Shown here: positions 23,373 to 33,026 of the stretch, piece by piece | How the letters are laid out: each line of letters begins with the position of its first letter | Position numbering within the stretch: position 1 is the first letter of the stretch | Assembly: GCF_001194135.2 (NCBI RefSeq) | Contig: NC_068992.1 | Coordinates: 8,045,179-8,078,204, forward strand | Source of the DNA: Octopus bimaculoides | Lineage: Eukaryota | Direction of reading: 5' to 3' | Length of the DNA: 33,026 bases | Program-made: the position numbers and the translations under genes | Notes under the pieces: model-generated | Told to the model about the DNA's origin: nothing | Database searches by the model: none | Seen by the model: only the letters and a program-made list of their open reading frames with translations

Positions 23373-23462
23373 CAGCTATCGATATGGCTAGCCAGTGTTG
23401 ATCTACTTCAATAAGATTCACAGGAACTTTATGTCGACATTCTAACGTAGCGCACTGAATTG
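23373..23462. repeat. 90-bp sequence repeated at 22328-22417 (copy 2)
   Basis: Ungapped manual alignment, 72/90 identical. Confidence 0.9.
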
Positions 23463-23901
23463 CCCTCACTGAAATCTAGGAATTTCTGTCTTAAAATTCC
23501 GTTCATTTATCACTAAGTACCTAGACCATATATAGCTTTCTGGACGAGTCAATGGGCGGGATTTCACGTGGTCCCCTCAACATGCTTAAAACAATAGTGA
23601 AATCGCCCTGAACTCACCACATCACTTTAAAAATGTAAGGTCACATCGGACAAAGTATTCCGAAATATAAAAATATATATATATACAGACAGGATGGTCA
23701 CAAACTGAACGCTTTTAAGATTGTAAGTCTGGTAGATTAGGATTGATTTGGAACGAAACATCTGCAATAACAACCAATACTCATGACAGTTGGAAAATAC
23801 ATTGTTGTTTAGTCCCACGTCAGCCTAAGTCCTGGGTGGAACACACTTATGTTTCATGTATGATCGTCCTGACTCTTTTTCATAAACTGTTAATGCGAAT
23901 G

Positions 23902-24061
23902 TCAAATTTTGGCACATGGACAGTAATTTCAGGGGAGTGGGTAAATCGATTACATTGACCCCAGTGGATCTTGGCGGAATATGAACTCAGGACACAAAGC
24001 TGGGACGAAATCCTGCTCAGCATTTTCCCGGCGTGCCAGCGATTCTGCCGGCTGGCTGCCC
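23902..24061 (-). mobile_element. SINE family A with internal deletion
   Basis: caaattttggcac...gattacattgaccccagt/ggcggaatatgaactcag...gattctgccggc. Confidence 0.8.
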
Positions 24062-24224
24062 TATAAATAGTTAATGTCGACGACTACATTACCTAATATA
24101 CTTTTCTTTTTATAAGACGATAGGTGGTGATTTGAAGGAGATTTGAGTACCATTTCTTGTAGGTACCATTTCTTTGTTAGGTACCATTTCAATTTAGTCC
24201 AAATTGAATCTGAATCCAGCAGAG

Positions 24225-24955
24225 CTTTGACCAAACGCGTTCCAGTCCTGACCATTCTGTTTGTCACATTGGCAAATACCAGTATCACGCTCAATCCACA
24301 AAATATTAGAGAAATATTTTGCTTACCCCTCTTTATAAATGACTGAACAGAGTTTGCATCCATACGCTTCTTTCTTCGTCTTAATGCTGGAGGTACTAGA
24401 ACTTCTGACGATCCAGGCTGACTGTTCATTTCCGAAAGTATAAGCAGTTCTGGGAAGATCTTTAAAGGAAGACTGGCAGTTGCTTATGCATACATGGTTT
24501 CCCACTCACCTCTACGATACCTAACACAGATTTCTTCAAAGCAGTCTTTGAATCAGTATTTATGGTTCTTCAGCATGGGTACCGAACAGGACACTTGAAA
24601 AGAAGCTTCGCTGTGAATACACGAGAAAACTTCGTGCACTTCTCAATTTTTCTTGGCAGCACCAACCAACAAATTAGTGATTGAACGACAATCTTCTTAC
24701 CATCATCTTGGTAATCAGAGAAAGAACAATATGTTATGCAGGACACTGCAGGAGAAGTAAGAATGAAATATCCAGCGATCTCCTTCTTTGGAAACCCGCT
24801 CATGGACATATACAGGTATCGGTAGACAAGAAGATCATCCATCAAACAACTTATGAATAACAGTGAATATCATGTTGAGGATATGAAAACTGCTATGGAA
24901 GATCAGGACATGTGGCGTAGAAGAGTTTGGTCTGGGCAAATCGCCCGACCGGATA
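24225..24955 (+). mobile_element. RTE-clade LINE, decayed 3' part of RT ORF
   Basis: LFIND*TEF...SISSSGKIFKGRLAVAY...YGSSAWVPNRTLEKKLRCEYTRKLRALLNFSWQ...IRER..CYAGHCRRSKNEISSDLLLWKPAHG...DMKTAMEDQDMWRRRV. Confidence 0.85.
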
Positions 24956-25080
24956 GACATTTTTGTTCATCCTGAGGTGCAATTTTATTTTATGCTTTTC
25001 TGGTTGCTTTTAAGTGCAGTTGTTTTTTTTTTTTTTNNNNNNNNNNNNNNNNNNNNNNNNNNNNNNNNNNNNNNNNNGTT

Positions 25081-25397
25081 AAGGCGCACGGCTTTGTGGT
25101 TAGGGTATTCGGCTTATGATCGTAAAGTCATGGGTTCGATTCCCCGTGACACGTGTCATTGGGCAAGACCTTATTTCACGTTGCTCCAGTCCACTCAGCT
25201 GGCAAAAATGAGTAGTACCTGCATTTCAGCGAACCAGCCTTGTCACGCTCCGTTTCACGCTGAATCTCATTGAGAACTACATTAAGGATACCAATGTTTG
25301 TGGAGTGCTCAACCATTAGCACGTTAATTTCACGAGCAGGCAGTTCCGTTGATCAGATCAACTGGAACCCTCGTCGTCGTAACGGACGGAGCGCCAG
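25081..25397 (+). mobile_element. SINE family D: tRNA head, CORE-type block and the family C 3' module
   Basis: ggttcgattccc B box; ttgggcaagaccttatttcacgttgctccagtccactcagctgg; from about 25217 homologous to the family C tail. Confidence 0.85.
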
Positions 25398-25882
25398 TGT
25401 TAGAAGGTGTACTTCATAGAAATTTTGACGTGAAATGTCAAAATGTAAAGCAAGAAAAGAATTGCCATAATTAATAATCTTTATTAATCAAACTTTTCTC
25501 TTTACTTTCTATTGGATTACATCTTGGATCAATGAGACGCTCAGATTTTAATTTGTCTTCACAGTTAATTTTCTCTTGGAATCTTATTATNNNNNNNNNN
25601 NNNNNNNNNNNNNNNNNNNNNNNNNNNNNNNNNNNNNNNNNNNNNNNNNNNNNNNNNNNNNNNNNNNNNNNNNNNNNNNNNNNNNNNNNNNNNNNNNNNN
25701 NNNNNNNNNNNNNNNNNNNNNNNNNNNNNNNNNNNNNNNNNNNNNNNNNNNNNNNNNNNNNNNNNNNNNNNNNNNNNNNNNNNNNNNNNNNNNNNNNNNN
25801 NNNNNNNNNNNNNNNNNNNNNNNNNNNNNNNNNNNNNNNNNNNNNNNNNNNNNNNNNNNNNNNNNNNNNNNNNNNNNNNNNN

Positions 25883-25934
<52 letters not shown>

Positions 25935-25977
25935 TGGTAAGTAGGTAGGTAGGTAGGTAGATAGATAGATAGATAGG

Positions 25978-26040
<63 letters not shown>

Positions 26041-26080
26041 ATAGATAGATCGATTGACTGATTGATTGATTGATAGATAG
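25883..26080. repeat. Compound (AGAT)/(AGGT)/(AGAC)/(ATTG) microsatellite
   Basis: Direct reading. Confidence 0.95.
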
Positions 26081-26686
26081 ATATGCACAGATACGCACAG
26101 CCACATAAACACCCACACTCACACACACGCACACACATCCACAGACAGACACATGGCTACAATTTAGATTGTCCACCGAAAATGAACACCAATCACTCTT
26201 ACCTCAGTAAATAGCCTATGACGTATGAAACCTAATTGACATTGATCACAGAGCTCTGACCCCTTTACCAAAACAAAAACAAAAAATACGATAAAACCAA
26301 CTCAATAAAAATGAAGTCCAACACACCTGCTCTACGTCTGATGACCGACCAACGAACTGTCGATGTTTTTATTGTACAATGAATTGATTTAAGAAAATAC
26401 GAACAAAGAACGTATTCAGTATTTCATTGTAGACATGCCGTGGTCATTGAAGCAGTATTTATTGAAAAACAAACGAATATTTGAACGTCGTTTATGAAAA
26501 TATATCACAGAAGTTAAATAGCACTAGAGTACTATATTGTTCATATACGTGTGAATTTGGAATGTGCGTGCGTGTACGTACTTACGTGCGTGTGTGTGTG
26601 TGTATGTGTGCGTGAGGGCATGTATTTGTGTGTATGTGTATATTTATATATATATATATATATATGTATGTATATTATCTATTTGA

Positions 26687-27084
26687 AGGACATAATACAT
26701 GTCTTTAAGTGCTAATGTTTCATATGTTGAGAAATATCTCAAACATATTCTTCAGGCACGAACCACATATAACGAACTAAAAAAACTGAATAAGAGAAGA
26801 AGCTCGAAAAAACTGAAAAACCAACATAGAAAATGCAGAAGGCAAAAAAAAAAGACAAAAAAAAAAAAACGGAGAACGGAGAACGGAAAACGAAAACTAA
26901 AATTTAAACAGTTAAAAGTGAAAAATAAAAAGTAAAAAAGAAAAAAATAGTTTTTTCGTGTTTCTTCTCTTCAGTTTTTTTTTGTAGCACGTTATGATAT
27001 ATGGTTTGTGTCTGAGGAATATGCTTGAGATATTTCTCAGCATATGAAACTGTCAGTAGCACTTAAAGACATGTATTGTGTCCT
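26687..27084. mobile_element. Non-autonomous DNA transposon (MITE) with ~135-bp TIRs, Kolobok-like
   Basis: 26687-~26820 is the imperfect reverse complement of ~26950-27084; ends AGGAC...GTCCT, flanked by ttga and ttaa; A-rich non-coding interior. Confidence 0.8.
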
Positions 27085-27799
27085 TTAAATAAATAATATT
27101 TAGCTCTCACCAGATGGAATACTTCTTTTAATCTTCTATCACGGAACAGTGCATNNNNNNNNNNNNNNNNNNNNNNNNNNNNNNNNNNNNNNNNNNNNNN
27201 NNNNNNNNNNNNNNNNNNNNNNNNNNNNNNNNNNNNNNNNNNNNNNNNNNNNNNNNNNNNNNNNNNNNNNNNNNNNNNNNNNNNNNNNNNNNNNNNNNNN
27301 NNNNNNNNNNNNNNNNNNNNNNNNNNNNNNNNNNNNNNNNNNNNNNNNNNNNNNNNNNNNNNNNNNNNNNNNNNNNNNNNNNNNNNNNNNNNNNNNNNNN
27401 NNNNNNNNNNNNNNNNNNNNNNNNNNNNNNNNNNNNNNNNNNNNNNNNNNNNNNNNNNNNNNNNNNNNNNNNNNNNNNNNNNNNNNNNNNNNNNNNNNNN
27501 NNNNNNNNNNNNNNNNNNNNNNNNNNNNNNNNNNNNNNNNNNNNNNNNNNNNNNNNNNNNNNNNNNNNNNNNNNNNNNNNNNNNNNNNNNNNNNNNNNNN
27601 NNNNNNNNNNNNNNNNNNNNNNNNNNNNNNNNNNNNNNNNNNNNNNNNNNNNNNNNNNNNNNNNNNNNNNNNNNNNNNNNNNNNNNNNNNNNNNNNNNNN
27701 NNNNNNNNNNNNNNNNNNNNNNNNNNNNNNNNNNNNNNNNNNNNNNNNNNNNNNNNNNNNNNNNNNNNNNNNNATATATATATATATATATAATCACAT

Positions 27800-27867
27800 T
27801 GTTCCAGTTCAATCTCACTGCGTGACACTTTAAGCAAGTGTCTTCTATACCCTTGGGCCGACCAAGG
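27800..27867 (+). mobile_element. SINE family B fragment
   Basis: gttcaatctcactgcgtgacactttaagcaagtgtcttcta...gggccgaccaa. Confidence 0.75.
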
Positions 27868-28110
27868 TCATAATGCAGCTGAGATAAGCATCAATAATAA
27901 CAGAATGATACCTTACAAGGTCACTACATCACAAGGTCACAAGGCTCCATGGCGCAAGGTCATAAAATTCAAGGCCACAAGACAAAAGTTACAAGGTGCA
28001 AGATAATAAAAGTACAATGAAATTGCAAGGTGCAAAATCATAAAGTCTATTAGGCACAAGGTCAAATTGTACAAAACCACATATCGTAATGTTGCGAAAT
28101 ACGATGTCAC
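27865..28110. repeat. Degenerate (A)CAAGGTC-based minisatellite
   Basis: About ten caagg(t/c) cores at short irregular spacing. Confidence 0.7.
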
Positions 28111-28328
28111 AAATTTTAGAGGGCGAATTCAATAAAATGAAACCCCCCAGTAAATGACTGGTTCATATCTTAAAAAACGACTGAAGGTAAAAAAAAAGAA
28201 GTAAAGATGAGCTAGGCGGGATTGGAATTCAGAGAGTAAGGGGACATAAATATGTACTGCAAGTCATTTAGTCCGGAGATCTATCATTTCTGTCAATCCA
28301 CCTTCTTTTAAGAAAATTAAATAAGGGC

Positions 28329-28540
28329 TCCAAATTTTGGCACAAGGCCAGCAATTTTAGAGGAGTAAGTCAATTAGATCGACCCAGTGCTCAGCTCAAC
28401 TGGTACAGATTTTATCGACCCAGAAAGAATGAAGGGCAAAGTCGACTTCTGCGAAATTTAGACTAAGAGTATAAAGAGCCGGAAGAAATGCTGCTAAGCA
28501 TTTTGTCCGGTGCGCTAACGATTTTGCCTGCTCGTTACCT
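28329..28540 (-). mobile_element. SINE family A
   Basis: ccaaattttggcacaaggccagcaatttt...ttatcgaccc...ctaagcattttgtccgg...ctaacgattttgcc. Confidence 0.85.
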
Positions 28541-28599
28541 AATAGGAAGCCAAATAATAAGAATGATTCTTCCTGACAGAGATTCTAGCTGAAAGGACA

Positions 28600-28840
28600 A
28601 CCAGTTGTGGATGAGTCTCTTAGCGTGCTGGGATTTAGAAAGTTAAATTTCTCTCAAATTACACTCGATTGCCCTGGAAGGTCACGACTGCACCGTCAAT
28701 TCGTATAGCTCTGCTGGACCACGTTTTAAATAATGAAGTATCACATTAGATAATGTAATCCTAGGTATACCCAACCCAACAATTGATCACCATTAATCAT
28801 AGGTTTGCCCGACTAAGACACACTTGGGCTAAACAGCAAC
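28600..28840 (-). mobile_element. Old interspersed repeat (family E)
   Basis: Reverse complement shares tttagccc...gcaaacctatg and cattatctaatgtg with 6083-6245. Confidence 0.5.
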
Positions 28841-29267
28841 GACCGGTTTGCGGAATTAAGACGAACTGTATCGACTGTTAATCTTAAATCACAGCAAGCA
28901 CTCATCGTTCTATGAAAATAAACTAAATGGATGAAAAGCATTCCCGAAAATCCCGAAATAATTTTTATTATTTTTGCAACACCTTTTTTGTTTTTCACAA
29001 TAATATCACAAATAGCCAGCAATATTAATATAGAAACGCTAGAAAAAATGGTTGGCAGAAGTTGTTTACTTTTATGAGCTAACTGACATAAAGTTTAATC
29101 AGAATAAAAGAAAATATACAAAAGGAACTACGTTCAACGCGCTGTTACTTTTTTTCTTAGATTTCTTACGTATGAGGATATTAAGACACTAAGCAGTTTT
29201 GCATCTCTTTCGTCAATATTTTCTCATTCACACTTGTCTCCCAGTTCTTTTGTTGACCGTCTGTTAG

Positions 29268-29326
29268 TTTGTGTCCACTGAAAAAGAACCAATCTATCTT
29301 CTCAGCCGACGATATTTCTTCCGTCA
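29268..29326 (+). CDS. Weak candidate exon
   Basis: ctgttag|TTT...CGTCA|gtgaga; FVSTEKEPIYLLSRRYFFR. Confidence 0.2.
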
Positions 29327-30098
29327 GTGAGAAAAAAATAATAATAAAAGTAACAAACAAGAAATAAAATGGAAGAAAAAATATTTCCGATATTCAGTTA
29401 TATGTTGAGTATTCCCACACTGTGAAGTAAAAGTAACAACAAAAAAGACAAAAGAAAAACAATAAGTTAAAACCCCAAAGAAAACAAAATGGAGGAAGAA
29501 GGGTAAAAAACATTTTGTATCGTCTGTCCTTCATAATCACTTCATTTTTTGTTGATCTGCCCTTAATACTGGGGTAGTTGCGGACAGTGTGACAATTACT
29601 TTTCCGTGTTGACTTTTTACATTGGCTCATTTCAGTGCAATCATCAACGGAAACACACCACGTTAATGACTTGCTGGAGTAAGATAGCAACCATTTTGTT
29701 TACAACACAAACTTGTGGTACAGTGGTATGAACAAACACCATCAATTGATTTCTACAACTGTGACTTCTTTTTGATATTGTCTTTATTTTATTATTTTTC
29801 CTTGATTTCCTTTTTTTCCCCTTCTCTTTCTTGATTTTCATGCTTTCTTCTTATTTCCTTTTTTTGTCTTTGTACTTTTACTTTCGCAATATTTGCTTAT
29901 TCTAACATTTTAAATCAATTCGACTTAAAAAAAAAAGTGAAAGACTAAACGTTAATAAACTTTTTAAAAATGATTTTCAATAATGTTCATTATTTCTCTG
30001 TACCATTAATATTTATTATCATTATTATAAGCAAATAAAGGAAACCCATAGAAAGTATGAAAAATGGCTGATATTTCCTTCAAACTATGCTTTTGTAC

Positions 30099-30270
30099 AT
30101 TTATTCAACCCCACAAGAATCCCTCTCAACACATGGCTATGATGCTCCCCCACTAATCCTGCTCATGATCAGTGGTGCACATATTGTCAAACAATAAGGG
30201 ACATGATCAAGTGGCTACGGTCAAGCAGCTGACAAGCAAATCTGTGGTATTGAGCAGAATATTTGCTGTA
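30099..30270. mobile_element. Fragment of a common octopus interspersed repeat
   Basis: gaatccctctcaacacatggctatgatgctccccc...gacaagcaaatctgtggtattgagcagaatatttgctgta recognised from memory only. Confidence 0.45.
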
Positions 30271-30731
30271 ACGATATTTCTGCTTCAGCAACTTAACGTT
30301 GAATCTGTCTGAAATGTAATGGAAAATGGGTCAGTTTCAAAACATTGATGTCCAGGTCAGAAAGCAAAGTTTGAAGGGAATAATAATCCTTTCCTTTGAT
30401 TTCTAAATAGAAGCAAATGGGAAATTACACTTACTGGCCAAAGACAAAATAAATAAATAAATAAAATATAACAATAAAAATTTTGTTACACAGTGTAATA
30501 AATGATGAAAATTGTAAAACGCTCAGGTCCGAGAGGAAGAGGCTGGGAAGGTGGGACAAGATGCTATAAGTCATTCATCTCCATGATCTGAAAATTAGGG
30601 AAACTCTATCTCCTTACTTAATCACCTCATTTCCCTCACTGTAAATAATGCTATAAAAGTTAAAAACGAACGAAAAGGGCATTAGATCCCCATTGTTTGG
30701 TTTTGTCCTCTTCCTTGGTTTGGTACTTCAG

Positions 30732-30811
30732 AGAAGCGGTCCACCTACGAGGATTCTGTACTTAAGCTATCAAGAGCACCCTCCAGTTCATGTGTTTTAC
30801 CAGAATATTTA
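30732..30811 (+). CDS. Candidate 80-nt exon
   Basis: tcctcttccttggtttggtacttcag|AGA...TTTA|gtgagt; two frames open (RSGPPTRILYLSYQEHPPVHVFYQNI or KRSTYEDSVLKLSRAPSSSCVLPEYL). Confidence 0.35.
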
Positions 30812-30869
30812 GTGAGTTTCGTACCCCAGCCAGTCCATTGTCATTTTTAAATACAGTATCTTTATGCAG

Positions 30870-31261
30870 AGTGGAGGCGCAGTGGTCCAGTGGTTAAGGA
30901 AGCGAACTCGCGGTCATAGGATCGCAGTTTCGATTCCCAGACCGGGCGTTGTGAGTGTTTATTGAGCGAAAACACCTAAAGCTCCACGAGGCTCCTGCAG
31001 GAGATGGTGGCGAACCCTGCTGTACTCTTTCACCACAACTTTCTCTCACTCTTACTTCCTGCTTCTGTTGTGCCTGTAATTCAAAGGGTCAGCCTTGTCA
31101 CACTCTGTTTCACGCTGAATATCCCCGAGAATTACGTCAAGGGTACACGTGCCTGTGGAGTGCTCTGCCACTTGCACGTTAATTTCACGAGCAGGCTGTT
31201 CCGTTGATCGGATCAACTGGAACCCTCGACATCGTAAGCGACGGAGTGCCAACTAACTAAC
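30870..31261 (+). mobile_element. Full-length SINE family C with 13-bp TSD
   Basis: Closely matches the 19771 copy; (AACT)n tail; TSD tatctttatgcag at 30857-30869 and 31262-31274. Confidence 0.96.
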
Positions 31262-32492
31262 TATCTTTATGCAGGTTCCTCCCATTTGCTTGATTTTCTT
31301 TTTCTTTAAACTACATCTTGTNNNNNNNNNNGAACATTTTTTTATCTTCGTGTCATCTTAGACTGAATTCTTCTGCCCTCTGTGGGGCGTTTATTTATTT
31401 ATTCTTGGTTTTGTTTTCTAAGAGGCCAAATGCTGTTCCGGATCCAAATTTTCTGCCCTTTTCAAACGGACTTGGGACCGGCTATGGCGAATTTGCTCTG
31501 CACATCCTCACACAAATACATGCATTATTTATGACTTTATTAATATTTTGAAATTTCATATATGTGTGTGTGTACATATGTGCCTGTGTGTATGTGTGTG
31601 TGTGTGTGTGTGGGTGTGTGTGTGTGTGTGTGTGTGCGTGCGTATGGGCGTGTGTATAAACATTGTACAATGCTTGCACAAGCGTAACTAAACAACTTCC
31701 AACTAAAGACCGTTTTCCTAAATCTTTCTTTGCCCTTCTTTCGTCGCGTGTGCATGTGTGTGTGTATATATGTATATATGTGCGCATGCATGTATGTATA
31801 TATATATATATGTATGTATGTGTGTACACTGTATATATATGTATATATATGTGTGTGTGTTTTTGTATGTATGTATGCATGTATGTATATATATATATAC
31901 GTGTGATTTTGTACGTACGTATCTATGTATGTATTAACGAAGGATAGTTGTCGTTGGGATGACCTGTTTGATCAATTATACATCGTCCTCACACCTTTGC
32001 AGAGAGATCAAAGATTTATTTGTATGTATGAAACACGGCGGGGGAAAAGAAGCCAGCGCTGAAGTCGCTTTAATCGATGTTTGCTTGCACTCAACTCGTC
32101 TGCTGCTTCGACCACGACCACGACCACCTACTACATCTCATCCACCACCACCACAACCACAGGAGTACAAAAAGCGTTGATCAATTCGGCGGGAAAAAAA
32201 CATGCATTGCGTTTATTTAAGTTATTTAAGTTATTTCTGAAATACCATGCGGAATGTCCAGACAAATAAGCAAATGCGAGCAGAAGAGATTCGTATCGGT
32301 GTTAATGACGTACATTTGAATAGTTAACGGCTAATGAGCGTTCGAATGCTACATAATTTGTTTGCCGTGTAACAACAGTAACTTAGCTACGAACAGGTAA
32401 GAGAAAGGTGGGGAATAAATATTGCCGGAGCGAAAAACACGGAACAAACATCACACCACATAGATTCAAACAAAATACGAGCATGCACATAC

Positions 32493-32567
<75 letters not shown>

Positions 32568-32577
32568 NNNNNNNNNN

Positions 32578-33026
32578 CATTACGAATTGCTTGAACGAAA
32601 CCAAACGGTCAACGCGGAACTCTATGTTCAACAGATGGAACGACCCAACACAGCTATTCAAGAGAAAAGATTTAATCTCCGCAGCAAGGAGTTCTTCTGC
32701 TGCACGACAACGCCCGCCCTCATATCGCTAATATGAGCAGGGAAGCCATTCAAATGCATGGCTGGAAAGTGCTGCCACACCCGCCGTACTCTCCTGATTT
32801 GGTACCAACGGATTTCCATTCTTTCGATCTCTTTCAAATGCTATGCACGTAGTTTCGTTCAATACTGAGAGGCAGAATTGAGAGCTTGGTTGGATCAATT
32901 TTCCAAGTTGAAATCGGGTGAATTCTACCAATGAGGTATTGAAAATCTTGTTGAACGTTGGGAAGAAGTTGTAAACAACAAGGGTGAATAAATTATTGAT
33001 TAATTAATTAGTTATTTTCTATTAAA
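32578..33026 (+). mobile_element. mariner (DD34D) transposase C-terminal remnant
   Basis: HYELLERNQTVNAELYVQQMER.../LLLHDNARPHIANMSREAIQMHGWKVLPHPPYSPDLVPTDFH/FRSLSN...LVERWEEVVNNKGE; 34 residues between the Ds; frameshifts and stops; 3' end runs off the window. Confidence 0.93.

Noticed and set aside
25471-25590. Minus-strand peptide IIRFQEKINCEDKLKSERLIDPRCNP next to a gap
   Set aside because: Short, unrecognised, and its 5' context is missing.
29268-29326. ATG4-like EPIYLLxRRY resemblance
   Set aside because: A few residues only; no other ATG4 exons seen.
29330-29900. A-rich then T-rich flanks suggesting a foldback element
   Set aside because: Only compositional complementarity; no alignable inverted repeat.

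Overview
AT-rich, microsatellite-dense eukaryotic genomic DNA with 13 N-gaps totalling roughly 3.3 kb. The tRNA-derived SINE families present resemble those I recall from octopod cephalopods, so an Octopus-like short-read scaffold is inferred. Most of the window is decayed mobile DNA. It holds at least four tRNA-headed SINE types (labelled A-D here; two full-length copies keep perfect TSDs), Tc1/mariner remnants of three catalytic classes (DD41D, probable DD37D/maT twice, DD34D), a Buster-type hAT remnant, a Kolobok-like long-TIR MITE, non-LTR retrotransposon fragments (R4/Dong-like, Tx1/L1-like, RTE) and a possible solo LTR. Almost all ORFs in the supplied track are artefacts of microsatellites, N-runs or antisense repeats. 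The one non-repeat signal is absent from the ORF track: three closely spaced + strand exons (14880/14894-15056, 15142-15164, 15241-15260) joined by 85- and 76-nt GT-AG introns. They splice into one open frame ending ...DVYLKKRSPECPLCRIEQCK, from a protein I cannot name. The window is therefore probably largely intronic. I found no intact transposase or reverse transcriptase, no CRISPR array, no rRNA or genuine tRNA gene, and no evidence for a new multi-gene system.
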